DNA of 64,000 bases from Phoronis australis (Eukaryota > Animalia > Phoronida), in NCBI GenBank assembly GCA_002633005.1, contig NMRA01000537.1, forward strand, positions 1 through 64,000, given 5' to 3'. Made by a program: the position numbers and the translations under genes. Shown piece by piece: positions 12,481-25,923 of the stretch (the first letter of the stretch is position 1; every line of letters starts with the position of its first letter). The notes under the pieces were generated by a model. The model searched no databases. It saw only the letters and a list, made by a program, of their open reading frames with translations, and was not told where the DNA came from.

Positions 12481-15400
12481 TTATCCTGTAAATTTTATGT
12501 AACATGTGGGCCAAGGCCTTAAATGTTGAAATACATGAATTTGAATGTTCAGCTACACTGTATGTAACTGAGAGATATAACAAACGAACACACGAATATA
12601 GACCGAAGCTCGTCCACTTTGAACTCAACCGTTCAACCCAAGCTTATAATAAGCTTGAGGAGCAACGTACCGATACTCTCGCTAGTATTGCCAACTCGGC
12701 GTACGCCAAGTAATCTCAAGCAACATTGTTTTGACTCTGTGACCGACTCTTTGAAACAAAAATTTAGTCGCGTGTATGTACATGTATTTGTGTGTGTATC
12801 TGTATTTTGGTAGCAGACGTTCTTTCACACACGTTTCATGCATGCATGTGCGTGTGCGTGTGCGTGTGCGTGTATATGAATATACGGGTTATCCACCTAC
12901 ATAGGACTATTACTGTCATATCCTATCGAGAATTTTTTTCATCTGGGAATGTCCCAACGAGACCGAAGGTGGGCTTACTTTTCTGCAATATCTTCAATGT
13001 TAACTAATTTACTTCATGTATCTCGTAGCCATTCATGGAATGTTGCCACATCATTCTTGTTTTTTTACCATTCCTTTTATAAACGACAAAATCCATAACA
13101 GTAAATTCTGAAAACTTATTGCATTATGGTTGGCCCCCAAACCCCGTGGGATGTCCCGTCTCCCATCCTCTACCCAGTTGCCCATTGAGAGTCTTCGAGC
13201 CTGTCGTCGGACATTGCTTCTTTTGTTTTGATAAACAACGACTTTGTTGGTTTTTTACTTACACGGTAATGCTTCTACAAACTCCACTTTTTTTGACGAT
13301 GCTTCAGTGAACTTAGCAGCAGGCTAATATTGGAAAAAATTCGATTTATCATTCGATCTCCAAATACAAAAGAGAACGAAACGAACTGAGCTCTTCTCAA
13401 GGATATTGATAAATGTCGTACAGCTCTACAAAGGGTCCAAAATATTCTCAAATTTCAAATGACAATAAATGAATTGTTTATTGACTGAGGAACAATATTA
13501 GTGGTTTAAATTCACAAACTGTTTATCGAAAAAGATTTTTAGGTCCGTAAATAAACAAAATTAATCGAATTGCTCATTAACTTGGACAAATTAATTGTCT
13601 TAGCCATTCCTTGATGTTTTTAATTTCCAGGATTATTTTTGTTCTTCAAAACTTAATCGTTTGTTCGCCGTTCCTGTGAAGAGTGACGCAGACTTTCAAA
13701 ATAAGGAAAACAATGTACTAGGTCCCGAACAGAATCTCAGTAAACCACGGCAAGTGAATTTGAGCTCCTAGTGGACGTCTGTACATTTTTGGGACACCCT
13801 GTGTATCCTTTTCTCTACCCACCAGAAACTGAACTACCTGTGTTTCAACAGCGGATATTGAGATAACCCCAAAAGCACTATACCAGGGACCTCAGGACGT
13901 CGCCCTTTCAAAAATATCTTCAAAGAATGACCCCAATAAAATAAACTTTTCTCAAAATGGGTCATGATTATTAAATAAATAAATAACATTGAATTCTGCA
14001 ACACATAACACGCTATAGTGAACATATCAGTCATTTGTTTCGTGATTGAATGTTTTGCAATTGTTATTCTGGCTAGAGGACTGTGAAAAGGTGAACATAA
14101 TCACTACTGTGTCAGATGTTGTTGCCTGGCCAAACAGTGAATGTGGTAGGGGCCTTTTTATATAGGTTTCATTTGCTGCTCAATAAGTTGCCCTTCGTCT
14201 TATTTCAATACTGTTACGTAGCAGTGGATTCCGCACACAAATATTTATTGGAAAACATCTGAAGAGTAATAAAAAGCGCTTTGACAGCAAGATTAAGACA
14301 ATTAATGCAAGCACATACATGTACATGTAGTCGCTACGCGGCTGGCTGGCGTTCAGTTCACTTTAATTGTTGTGGTTCTGTGTACAAGTTAACAGAGCGC
14401 TGTGACCTCAATGACCCAGCTAGCACTCACATGCTGTGGACTGTGAATTCCAAAAATAGTATCTTTTTTAGCTCTGTAGACTGACTTCGGGCTCACAGTT
14501 ACGGTACTAGTGCTCAAGCTTCCTGACCATTAACCTAACTATGCGTTCTTATGATTGATTCGGGTCATGGCCCTAAGCGGCACCTAGCAGATCAAGAATA
14601 TTACAAATTTCTGGCGATGGAGGTAGATATGAATGGGGTGGGTGTAGTTTGGCAACGTCGAATTGCTTAGTGNCCCCCCCCCCCTTCCAATAATTTTACC
14701 CTCCTAAAGGCCAGATGTATGCGCGTATACATGCAAGTTCACGGCTATGCCGAAACATACAGAACATAATTATCGCACAATGATGCCTTAGAAACTAAAT
14801 AATATAGATTGTTGAATGGTTCTGGTGTTATTAAACGTATCATGAGGAATGATATAGTTTTTAAAAATATCACTCGAGGACGAAGCTCAAGTTCTGTGAT
14901 ATAAATAACATTTTCCGTCTGGTAAAAGATCCTATTTCAGTTCCGCCATGTTGATGCTTTTGGAACTACTTACATTAACAAATGGTAAATAGAGTGAAGG
15001 TACTATGCAAAGGTGTCTATGGATCGCCTAATGTAAGAACTGTATCATGTGCTAAACTGTGTGTTAGAACGCATTGGATTTTTTGTTCGAGTGTCATGAT
15101 TCCGTTATCAGTCGGTAGCGTGTCGACTTTGAATACCTCGTTTTCTATCTGTAGTTCAGTCGAGTGGTGATGTCTGAGTACATTCTAGGAGAGGACATTT
15201 TGAAATTTGCACAGCTTTCTAGTGTTAATATTGAAATAGACGGTTAACCTTTTATCCATAGCAAACATCAAAACCCGTGATATCAGAGGCATCTTAACTG
15301 TTCGTGTTCATTAATTTCTTGCAAGGAAAACGTTGGAATCCTTTTCTTAAAACCCTCATCAGTAAAGAACAGATGAAAGAATATTTAAACTTCGTTTAGA

Positions 15401-15499
15401 ACGGCATATTCTTTTGCTGTAAAAAACACCCTTTCGGGCGGCACTTTTCGTACAGTTCTTCTTTTGGAATACCCCTCCGGCTGACACGGTATGAATTTG

Positions 15500-15597
15500 G
15501 CTAGTATTACATTATCATTACTACTTGTACTACTATTACTGCTATTACTACTATTACTACTATCACTAATATTACTCGTCATTATTATTAATAATAT
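15500..15597. repeat. Degenerate (ACT/ATT)n microsatellite
   Basis: Visible directly; the homologous position in unit 2 is (ATC)n at ~36627-36672. Confidence 0.75.
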
Positions 15598-16144
15598 TTT
15601 TAAATTTATTTAACGAGGACACAATAAGTGTTAATACATCATGGTCCTCAAAAATTTTAAATTCATCTTATTCATGATTCAATGATTTCACCCGGTTTCG
15701 CATAGTGGACAGCGAGTTCTGTTTCAAAAAGATTTTAAAGGGGTTCCTATGTTCAGCCTTAACAATGTTGTGAAAGGTCTCGACAGCTGTGAATGAAGGG
15801 TAGCCCTACTTTTTGAAACGAGGTTTTTTGTACATACAAAACACGCAACAATTTTATGTGGAACGGACCCCAATGTTCTTAGAAAAACACAATGATTATC
15901 AGCGTGATTTGAACTCTCTCCCATGCCAAATGACGTGGTTTGGATATCGCAAGGTATTGCTTAATTTGCAAGATCCACGCGACGGCGTAAGCGGGTCGCA
16001 TGGTTATCTCCTATGGGACACTCCCATTGTATTCCTTTGTTGCGTCTTTGTTCGACATAACAACACAGGTCATATGGATACCGCGCCTTAGGCGCACATC
16101 AGCCCGTTACTGATAAATGCTTGCCGTTATCTTCATTTTGATAA

Positions 16145-16729
16145 ACTCGCTGGTTCCCTGCGTGCCGCTAGGTGGTTGGTAACCAGGACGCAGGTATCAC
16201 TTAATTTTCTTAGTGGGGATGTTTTTACACCGGCGTTTCTGATTGGCTAGTCGAATTCTAAACAGGCAGCGCTTTACGCAAACTGGCATGACTGATGGAC
16301 TGAAGTGTGAATGTGGTCTGTTCGGCAGACAAATCGGTGCTTGAAATTTATGTTCAGGAAATGCGAATCCTAGAAATTGTGGTTGGGCCTTTTAGGAGTG
16401 CATCTTTTACTGTCGATGACTTTTGTTTACGATACTGTCCTGTATTCATTGGCAGTATGAATAACACACCGTCAAACTGCATGACCAGATGTGTTTATTG
16501 TACATGCATGTGCTTCAAGCACGCGGCTATTAAATATCACTGCAGAAACGAAATCTTTGCTGCGACACCACTTGTATGACAAGGCTAAAAATCGTTCACA
16601 GTCCGCCATTTTTTCACGGTGTTGTAAAGCTAACCAATGACTGCTGAGGTTAAATCAACCATTGCTAAAGCGCGTGCCACTGCGTGATACCCGTGCATGC
16701 TGGCTAGGCACGTGGGGGAACCAGCGAGT
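16145..16729. mobile_element. MITE specific to duplication unit 1
   Basis: TIRs ACTCGCTGGTTCCC..CGTGCC / GGCACG..GGGAACCAGCGAGT; absent from the homologous site near 36900. Confidence 0.75.
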
Positions 16730-18829
16730 ACGATAAAAACAAAGTGAACAATTGATACACGTATCTATTGATATCTATGCGATGAACTTGTTACCTAGTT
16801 TCCCGTGGTTTCATTGAAACGTGAATTGTGGAACCAAAACGGCCAACGTTGAAGTCAGCGATGTTCAATATACGCTTTTCACGCAATGTATCAAAACGGT
16901 TAAGATACCAAATTCCCTTATCTGCCTACAACCACGCTTGCTGTTGACAGCGAGCTGCTATACAAACAATGCCGCCTTATGAGACTCGTGGCTTCACGTC
17001 CATTAATAGTACTATCTTTGTCTTTATTTATATATGCTAACGAGCATTGACCAAATAGCAATTTTAATTCATATTTTATCTTAAAAGACGCAACTAAGAT
17101 AAAGTGCATGTTTTTGTAGTACGAAAGGCAGACAGCCAGCTTTTTCTGGGCTATCGACCTAGACCTGGTTTGAGCAAAATGATGATGTTCTTTGAGAGTG
17201 CCAAAATACTTTCTTTTCCCCAGCTAGGCCTTCCATTTTTACGTATACACGTCACCCTTTGATCTGTTGTTACCACTACTATTTCAGACAGGTGTGAAAT
17301 CACAGGAATAATTATTGATATTTCTTTCAGCTTTTAACTTCAAGGCAATAAAATACTGGCTGAAATAAACCAAACCATCGTGGACTAAAACGGGTGTATT
17401 TTCTATCAAATTGGCTTCGGAAATTGAATTCTCCGTGAAAAATTTGTTACTGTCGCTTATTCCCGAAGAAATATGATAAATATTAGCCAATGTCATTGTT
17501 TCTGTTGTGCTCACGGAGAGAAGTGTGTTTATTGTAACGGCAGATACAAACTTGGTTGATGACCTGTGAACAACAACAAAAGATTGCAAGAACGCTTTAA
17601 CAATAAAAACTTTTTACCTGATGCTGGAAACTCCTTTCGCCTGGACTTGAAACTTTACGGGGTGCATTGTCACTATTGCAAGAAACTACGCATGTTGAAA
17701 AACATGGAAAGCACATAGGGACACAGTCATGTATGAATTCGAGCTGGCGCATTTGATAGAATTTGATTCAAATAATCCGAGAAATAATGCATTAAGTGTG
17801 TGAACCGCTCTACTCCGTGTGACAAATACCATGCAAACTCATGAAATATGACGTTGCTTTCGTAAAATGTAACAATGGTATTTGTTCAAGGTCAAGGTCG
17901 TCTCCATTATTCACGGACTGCCTGCTCTCAGATGATCTATCTGATGACGGTCTTGAATTTATTTTTGAAGTTTTTCTCGAAAAATTGCTTTCGCTCGATA
18001 AGTTATCCTCGCTAGACGATGTTTCAACCATTTTCTTCAGCACAGCATCATAATCTGCCCACATTTTGTATTCATCCATTTACTGTTCAGTTGACTCGGA
18101 GATGGAAGTCACGCCTTCCTCAGTTACGAGGGCGCGCGTCTTTTCGCCACTTTCATTGCTACAAGTTTTTCTAATGGTTGGACACTTTTTGTCTTCTGCT
18201 TCCCATCCGTAGTAGTCGACACCTGGTGGTTCAAACCAGTCAGCTTTCTGCGTGCCCATTGGTAATTTCATTTTGTTCAATAACTTTGCGGCGTTACATT
18301 CTTCTTCAGAAGTTTCACTCTCACTTCTGGGTTCTTTCAAGTTTTTTCGTATTCCAAGCACACAATATCGAGTTAAGGCAACGATTCTTACTCATTTCCA
18401 AAAATCCCAATTGGCAGATCCTCTTCTGAGACCAGATTGCCGTCAACGTTCTCGTTAGTATCAACATTACTCATGAACAAAATTACTAACACTGAAGTTT
18501 CTGACGTCATTCTTATCTCCCATGTCATCATAACCAATGTCATCAATTAATTTACGGTAGATATTTGTAATTTTGTTCTGGATTACGTTTCTTTGTTGAC
18601 TCTATTTTTGTGGTGATGGAATCAAGCTCTTTTATGACCTGCAATTTTGCAGAAAACAGACATAATATTTCTCACGGATTTCTGCACATACATATTGATA
18701 GTAAATTCAGGTATCTTGACATTCTTCGTCGGTAAACAGGGGGGGGGGGCGAAAGTGCTTTTTGTGACAGTCAAACTGGTAAATGGAGACCAGGCAAGAC
18801 TCACAATGTGCTCTCACGACACAGGACTC

Positions 18830-18980
18830 GGTAGAGTTCAGTAGCTGTCTCGCGACTATAAAAGTCTAACCAAAATCACGAGTTCCCTTTTAGAATACAG
18901 GATATTATCTCATGTAATCTCGCGAAGTCTTGCTTTTGGTGAGTTTCCAGCGTAGTTCTTAGCGTTACTGAACTTGACCC
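18830..18980. mobile_element. Short Harbinger-like MITE (copies at ~39072-39210 and ~52860-53012)
   Basis: Ends GGTAGAGTTCAGTA / TACTGAACTTGACC; shared core gtaatctcgcgaagtcttgctttt. Confidence 0.6.
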
Positions 18981-20384
18981 AGAAGTGCGTTAAATAACGC
19001 CTGCTGCGCTTTCGAGCAGATGTTGCAAAACCACGTACTTCAATTGTTTGGCATAGCGACGCCATGCGACTTGACTTGTGCAGTATTTTCAGTCTTAATC
19101 TCTAGATATCCTTGGTTGCTGATGAACTTGGCCTAAATACCTCGTGCTGGTTACCATTGTTAACACGAAGTATTGCGCTGGGTTTGGTATCACACCAAGG
19201 TGATTTTCCCGAAACAGACCCCAAACTTTGCTAATATTTTTCTTACTTCAGTGAGGGTCCCAAAACATTGCCTAAAGCTCAAAAAAATATTTCGAACAAA
19301 TGCTCTAGACCGTGCTGCGAGAAGATTATTAATCGCTGATTATCAATTTTTTTTCAGCAGTGGATCGACAAATGTATTCCATAGATTGTTTTTCAATTTC
19401 AAAATTCACATCGAGTTGCACTAAGATGCTGATGGGAAACATTTCTAGGATCGACTGTAAAATAGATTGCCTTCATAGTTCCAGATTTCTCTCGCATTTA
19501 GACTGTGTTGTCAGCTTACCAAGGACATATTACTTAAAAACATTATTTCACGTTTCTTCGTGCTTCGTTGCGCTAAATCCAACGAGTGTAGTGTAGGGGA
19601 AAACCGCCGACACGCTAACGAACACGTGACCATTAAAAAACCTTCAACCGTAGCATAAGGTTAAAACACGAAATTGACAATTTGCAAATTGGAAGTTAAT
19701 GTTTCTTTAAAGGATTTGCAAAAGTTTGAAGCCTTCACGGATGACGTGACCTGTCAAATTGGATAACATCGGTCTACAGTCGTGACAACAGGGATAGTTT
19801 TGACCGGGAGAAATGCACTTACACGAAATTGCTATTCCTGTGAAACAGCCTCTGTACTCAGCCGGACACGGCGGCCTCGAAGCAGCTTCCGCATTTGGTG
19901 TTTTCAAAGACGATATCCAAATGTTAAAAAGCTTGGAACGCGAAAGCTCGACAAAAATATATTTTAACAATTCCTGGCTCGAGCATCGCTTTGCAACTTC
20001 AGCTACAGCGCTATTCGCTTTCACCTGTGAAAGAATTTCCACAAAAAATAGAAAAAATAACAATTTTTGAAGTAAGCGCAAAGAAAAACTCTAGTCAACA
20101 CAGTGTTTCTAATATCCCTTCAACTTATGATATATGCACGCATGCGCTCACAGTCATTCAACAAATACCTGTGTGATGAGATGGATGTGGACGTCCGATT
20201 TTCATGTGCGATTGCACTCCGAATCTGAGGTCGGCATCACAATAAGATTAAAGCCACTCAATCAAGCAAATTTCCGAAAATAGTCCCAAGTGCATTTTAG
20301 AATATATTGAATATTACGAAACATTTACTACTACATTGTAATTCTAAACAGTTCGGACTTACATAAATTCCCTCTTAATCGGAC

Positions 20385-20430
20385 TTGAAGTCGCCATTGT
20401 TTTGTTTACATCAAAGGTCAAAGGTCACAC
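20385..20430 (+). promoter_or_regulatory. Forkhead site plus perfect nuclear-receptor DR1 upstream of the paralog 1 exon
   Basis: TGTTTAC at 20403 followed by AGGTCA-A-AGGTCA at 20415-20427; homologous blocks near 41165 and 57545 carry altered motifs. Confidence 0.35.
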
Positions 20431-20876
20431 TTTCCATATCAGGAAAATTTGCTATGTTTATATCTTGCCACAAGAAGACCAGGTTTTCCTTGTGAGAGAA
20501 AAATCGGCGATGTGGCTAGCAGTTCAAAGTTTGTTTTTCTAGATTTTGTGACTAAAAGAAAAGTGCTTTGACATCAACAAAAATTCATATGTTTGCAAAC
20601 AAACCGTATGACAAAATGCAGTGTTTAGTCAATTTCACGCTGCTCCCAACGGAAACAATGTAAAGCATATTTTTCATCAACAAACAAGAGAAAATTTCTG
20701 TTTTCCCCTGCTTCAAAGACTGTTTTTAATTAATGCTCAGTAGATTTTCCGTTGAAATATTTTGAAATAAGGAAAGTAAACTTTGGAATGTTTTTAGAGA
20801 TCCGTAATTGCTTTAGTAAAGTCGGCTGTTTGTTGCACAATCGTTTTAGTTAAATATGTATCATTTTCATTTCCAG

Positions 20877-22808
20877 TTGTTACTGAAAAGGTTGTTTCGG
20901 AGGCAGCGAAGCTACCGAAAGTTGCTAAACTGTGCAGCCCTTGGTGGTTTGGTTATCATTTTCAAATTGCTTTGGCAGAACGTTCTCGTAAACCTTCAGG
21001 TTTTCGTGCAAAGCTTTCCAATCGTTCCTGTTGGAATGCAAGGTTGTCACTACCCAGACATGGAGCCTTGGACGCCAATGATCAAGCCGTTTGTGAAGCG
21101 ACTTCCACCACTCGTTTGTAGTAACATGAATAACTGGATCGATATTATTAATGGGAAATTCATTATTTCGCCAGATGCTGTTAAACAATTTGGTCAGATT
21201 TCCTGCCAGTATAAAGTTTTTGAAAGACACAATGACGTAACCACGACCGAGGGACCGACGCAAACTATAGCAAATAATACTGATATTCCTGCAGATTTCT
21301 TCCGCGTAAACTGTACCAGCACTTCCGGTCAGACGTATAGCAATGGGCACGCAGGAATTCATCCAATACCGGAACTTGTCGAAGAGGATAAACCGGCTAC
21401 ATCCAGTGGGCTAGGGTTGAACGTCCTGATCATCGGGTTCGACTCCGTGTCCCGGATGTCGATGATGAGGAAGATGCCCAAAACTTACAACTATCTTGTC
21501 AATCACTTGCAAGCTGTTGTCCTTAAAGGGTATAATATTGTCGGTGATGGAACACCTCAGGCACTGATTCCCATACTCACGGGGAAAACTGAGCTGGAAC
21601 TTCCACGAATCTTAAAGAGACTCAACAGCAAATTGCACGCGGACGTGTTCCCATTCGTATGGAAGAATTTCTCAGATCACGGGTACGCTACAGCGTGGTC
21701 GGAAGACAGACCGGACATTGGTACATTCACTTATCGCATGACGGGATTCAAGCAACAACCAACACATCATTATATGAGAATATTTCACAACATCATGAGC
21801 ACATCTTCACTGTGTATCGGCGATCGCTCGCGGCTACGTGTCGTGCTTGACTGGATAAAGGACTTTGTGAACGCATATCCAAACCGACGGAAATTTGGTT
21901 TCGTCTTCCATAACGAGCTGAGTCACGGTGGCAATGACCTTTTACAATACGGAGACGACTACTTACAACAGAACCTACAGTTCTATAAAGACTCGGGTCT
22001 ACTTAATAAGACTATGTTAATAGTAATGTCTGATCACGGATTGAGATATAGTGGATTCCGATCAACAATTCGTGGCAAGCAAGAGGAGAGGAATCCCTTC
22101 TTTTCATTTGTTCTTCCTGACTGGTTCAAAATCAAGCATGCAAAAGCATACAACAATTTGGTAAAGAACTCCGAGCGCCTGACGACGCCATTTGACATAC
22201 ATCCAACTTTATTGGACATCCTATACTTCGACGGACCGACGGTTGGTACTTTGTCAGATAGGAGTATTAGTCTGTTCCGAGAAATTCCGGTGGAGAGAAC
22301 ATGCCCGGATGCTGGCATTGAAGCTCATTGGTGCAACTGTTTGCAGTTTTCTTCGATAGCAGTAAACGATCCCGACGTTTTAAAGGCTTCGAAGGCGGTG
22401 GTTGATCAAATTAATAAAGTAACAGACTATAAGCGAAACATCTGCTCAAAATTGGATCTCAGCGAAATTCGTGCGGCTGTTGTTTTTCAGCACACAAAGA
22501 ACATGTTGGCGTTTAAAAAAACGTACGACGCAGACGGCTTAGTTCCGGAACTCAGTGACACCACTCGCGCCACACAACGGCTGTTGCAAGTAACTATTTT
22601 AACCAGCCCAAATGACGGTCTTTACGAGGCAACAGTAAAACAAAACCTGGACAATTACATTTTCTACTTGGACAGAGCCGACATTAGCCGTCTTAATAAA
22701 TACGGAAACACTGCACACTGCGTCAAAGATGATGCTCCCGACGATAGAAAGTTTTGTTTTTGCAAGGACATGATGCCAAATGGTCATATAGTATTGAATT
22801 CTTCTTGA
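20877..22808 (+). CDS. DUF229-like type II membrane protein, alkaline phosphatase/sulfatase superfamily (paralog 1), main coding exon
   Basis: Uninterrupted 650-aa ORF (20856-22808). Basic N-terminus plus hydrophobic signal-anchor (CAALGGLVIIFKLLW); motifs NVLIIGFDSVSR, GYNIVGDGTPQAL, ELSH, IVMSDHG, EERNP, TPFDIHPTL; Cys-rich C-terminus (HWCNC, FCFC). Acceptor ttttcatttccag ends at 20876 in phase 0; an in-frame ATG at 20856 is an alternative start. Confidence 0.9.
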   Translation: MLLKRLFRRQRSYRKLLNCAALGGLVIIFKLLWQNVLVNLQVFVQSFPIVPVGMQGCHYPDMEPWTPMIKPFVKRLPPLVCSNMNNWIDIINGKFIISPDAVKQFGQISCQYKVFERHNDVTTTEGPTQTIANNTDIPADFFRVNCTSTSGQTYSNGHAGIHPIPELVEEDKPATSSGLGLNVLIIGFDSVSRMSMMRKMPKTYNYLVNHLQAVVLKGYNIVGDGTPQALIPILTGKTELELPRILKRLNSKLHADVFPFVWKNFSDHGYATAWSEDRPDIGTFTYRMTGFKQQPTHHYMRIFHNIMSTSSLCIGDRSRLRVVLDWIKDFVNAYPNRRKFGFVFHNELSHGGNDLLQYGDDYLQQNLQFYKDSGLLNKTMLIVMSDHGLRYSGFRSTIRGKQEERNPFFSFVLPDWFKIKHAKAYNNLVKNSERLTTPFDIHPTLLDILYFDGPTVGTLSDRSISLFREIPVERTCPDAGIEAHWCNCLQFSSIAVNDPDVLKASKAVVDQINKVTDYKRNICSKLDLSEIRAAVVFQHTKNMLAFKKTYDADGLVPELSDTTRATQRLLQVTILTSPNDGLYEATVKQNLDNYIFYLDRADISRLNKYGNTAHCVKDDAPDDRKFCFCKDMMPNGHIVLNSS

Positions 22809-24999
22809 CGTCACTTTTTTCTTCAAATGTAGAGCGCTCTAATGGCCCTGTCTCTTCCAAACTGATCATGAACTTTTATTTTTTGAAGTTTTCGAACCTT
22901 GATTAGTATTGAGAAACAGCACGCTCTAAGCATGGTAAAGGAGATAAGGATCTATATGGAGAACTCTGACTTTTGAATTTCTCCATTTTCCCGACTAGTT
23001 AACCCAACTGGTTCAGTCCATTTTCCATTCTCTTTAGGGGGCTAGTCATCAATTGAATGACTCTATTCATTACTGATTCCTACCAGAACATATCTAAATA
23101 GAAAGCTTGTAAGCATCCAGACTTATACACTGTATATCATTTTGGGACACGAAAACCGATGGAAAAACATAATCCGAATATAAATGAGACTAGGTGAGCT
23201 CTTGAATATTTATAAATCGGTAAACTTTTTAGAGCGATTTTTGTCAACAAAAGCCCAAGTCTTGAGCTATTCATTGAAAATTAGTTTCCATCATGGCGTG
23301 CAATAGGAGCTGTGGCTGAAAGAAGGCAAATAAAATCAGATGTGCAGAAGAAATTTTGTTTGAAGGACATGTTCCTAACGTGAGAAAAGTCGGTGCAATT
23401 ATGTGAACAGGGTTTTATTTAGATAGAAAAAATAGAACACTGTGATTTTTGGAAGCGTTGGTAAAGTGGTAAACTCATTGGGTGTTCTCCAGTCTTGTTT
23501 CATCTCTAGTCACTTAGCGATTTGAGTTGTAGACCGTTGAGTAGCGACACCTTGTGGATATACTACAGAAACAAGTGGAACTGTGGGTAATGACCAAAAG
23601 TTACTATGTCAAAATATTTTAATTAATGTGTTAAGTGTAATTTTTTATCATTTTGTGAATTGTGTACGAAATGTTTGCTTCTTGTAAAAATGTTCTATAT
23701 TGCTTGCTAATGTCGAAGGTTTCTCACATTTATATGTGCATTCCGCCCTGTTCAGATGTCACTGTTGAGTACTTAGCAAACAATAATGAAAGCCCTTTGG
23801 GATTTAAAAACATGACCACGTTCATTTGCTCTTGAATTGTTGCCGAATGAAACGGTCTATCAAGTAACAGACAATGCATTTTCGAATTCAAAATTTTATG
23901 CTTGGACATTAAAGCATTTTGGGTCCTTGACTGATTTCGATGTCCTTGCTGCTAACGGAAATAAATTCCTATCACGGTATCGGATATTACAGATCGAATC
24001 CATGAGCCTAAGAGGTCGGATTCTATTTTTCATTTTAGCCAGATAAACAGGGGAAAATGAAACTTCAAATGCAAAAAAAAATTTGTATCGGTACATCCGT
24101 GTTATTCGCTTTAATACATTAATCATTTGAACTTCAAGTCTTTCATCAATACAATTCCCATTTTAAACCAATTATCATAAAAAGACTTTCTTTCTCCGAC
24201 CTTCAACTCCTCGTACTAAACAGGGTTAAGTGACACAATGAGTTACTGTTCACCACATGCTGTTAGGGCTTATTTATAGAATGAAGGCCTTTTAAAAATA
24301 GAAATTATGATTCGTATGAAGTCGTTAACACTTACATGTACATAACTCAAAAACAAAATAACTTAGAAAAATAACAGAGTTTTTGAAATTTCATCCTGAA
24401 CATTTATATCCAACAAAATTAGGTCATGGTATAGTTGTATGCGTGTATCTTTCTTTTTCGCTGAATTTAACCAAAGCCCATAGTCACGTGATCTGATTCA
24501 AGGAAGATTGATATAAAGTCAGACATCAAATTCTGCTGTCTTTCACTCAACGTTGAAATACGCTGATTTTATATGCCCACGTATTTATTATAATTAATAA
24601 AAGACCAAAGCAGGGTTTGGTATTCTTTTAACCATACGGAGGCGAACCCAAGAAATTTTTAAACAGTTTTCTTCTCAAGAAATGAACTGGTTGAAAGAGA
24701 GGCTGCAGTATTCTTTATTTTAGAAGTACAGTGATACAGTGTTCATGTTAGTCGTTCAATTAGTAATTACCTCAATAATCGAATTCATCCTTTGTAAAAA
24801 CAAGCCTCGTCATAGGTTTGATAATATTTAGGTTCAGGCCTTTTTTTGAAACCTTTTTCGGAGTGATCGCACTCTGAAAAAGGTCAACAGAGCTGCATGG
24901 ACCAGGCGAGGGTTCGGTCGTAGGCAGAACCTCGCGAAAACGCATTATTGAGCAAGATTTAGCGAGATAACGTGAAATACATGTGAATCTTGTGGTCAC

Positions 25000-25430
25000 A
25001 AGTCCTCGGTTGCACGAAATAGTCCCGAATAGGGTCTCAACTAAGTTCCTTAAATCTTTTGCAATTTTTGTTTCGTTCTTTTCTTTCAGATGTGACCATT
25101 TTGTCTTGATATGCGATCTTCTTTGACTCACGACATTTTCTAATAATATAACTGGAAACAGAACACCTAATTCGGTCAAATTAATTAGGGACCTATTCCT
25201 TAAATTAGGGACGTTGCATGATAAGACTCCAACCAATTTTCAATTATATTAAGAATTCAACGTAGACTTGACTCTCGTTTGGCATCAAAGCCAAAAATAG
25301 ACCAAGTAATGAGACTGAAACATTATAAGATTTAAGGACAATCAGTGTTTTCACAAACCCACAAATACGCAGTTGGTTTAAGGAACTTAGTTGAGTTCCT
25401 ATTTGGTACTGTTTCATTCGTTGGAACCAC
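25000..25430. mobile_element. Harbinger-like MITE
   Basis: TIRs gttgcacgaaatagtcccgaatagg...aactaagttccttaaa / tttaaggaacttagttgag...tactgtttcat; same family as 37970-38404. Confidence 0.7.
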
Positions 25431-25726
25431 TGAACCCATAGTCTACCAGGTAAATACGAAAAAATGACCTGGAGTCGAGAGATCTCAAGAAGTTTTCTGG
25501 CCCGGCATCCCAAGGCTGAGTTCCACAGAGGCAAGAATCTCGCTAGAGAAGCTCATGTGATCACCTGCTTTGCTTGCATCACATGTCGATATGTCACGAA
25601 CACTTGCGTGACACCGAATTTTCACGAGTATTTTGCGTTTCCACATGTTAATTGACTTGAAAATTACATCTCTACTTGACGCGGGAAAAAGAATTAAAAT
25701 GGCACCCGCAGACGACAATGACCATG

Positions 25727-25923
25727 CAGTGGCGCATCTAGGAAAACATAAGGGGGGCCCAACATGTTGCCTCGGGGAATTGCCCCCCCCCCCCCACATC
25801 CGCTACGCTACCGCTCCTACTTATTGACCTCAATATTTCTTCACGCTTCACTTTGTTGTTGTTTCAATTTGGTTCCTGCGGCAGCCAACAGCGGGGGCCG
25901 CCCCCTCCCTAAATCCACCTATG
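25727..25923. mobile_element. Short GC-rich-ended MITE
   Basis: CAGTGGCGCATCTAGG ... CCTAAATCCACCTATG flanked by ccatg on both sides. Confidence 0.65.

Larger units (their letters stand above)
15300..18430 (-). pseudogene. Decayed intronless antisense coding relic (possible USP catalytic domain followed by C2H2 fingers)
   Basis: Abutting in-frame ORFs 18361-18080 and 18079-17810, further ORF pieces, and scattered USP-like motifs; identity uncertain. Confidence 0.3.
13070..24600 (+). repeat. Segmental duplication unit 1
   Basis: Colinear similarity to 32740-45520 (e.g. 13095/32760, 13860/35235, 14900/35975, 18780/39015, 19130/39365) and to 57120-62830. Confidence 0.85.

Noticed and set aside
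19707-20081. ORF with a signal-peptide-like start (MRLLQKLLFFLFF)
   Set aside because: Lies in repeat-like duplicated intronic DNA and the frame is broken in unit 2.
20925-22826. Antisense and alternate-frame ORFs recurring in all three DUF229 exons (e.g. MPASGHVLSTG)
   Set aside because: Shadows of near-identical coding sequence; no independent evidence of coding.
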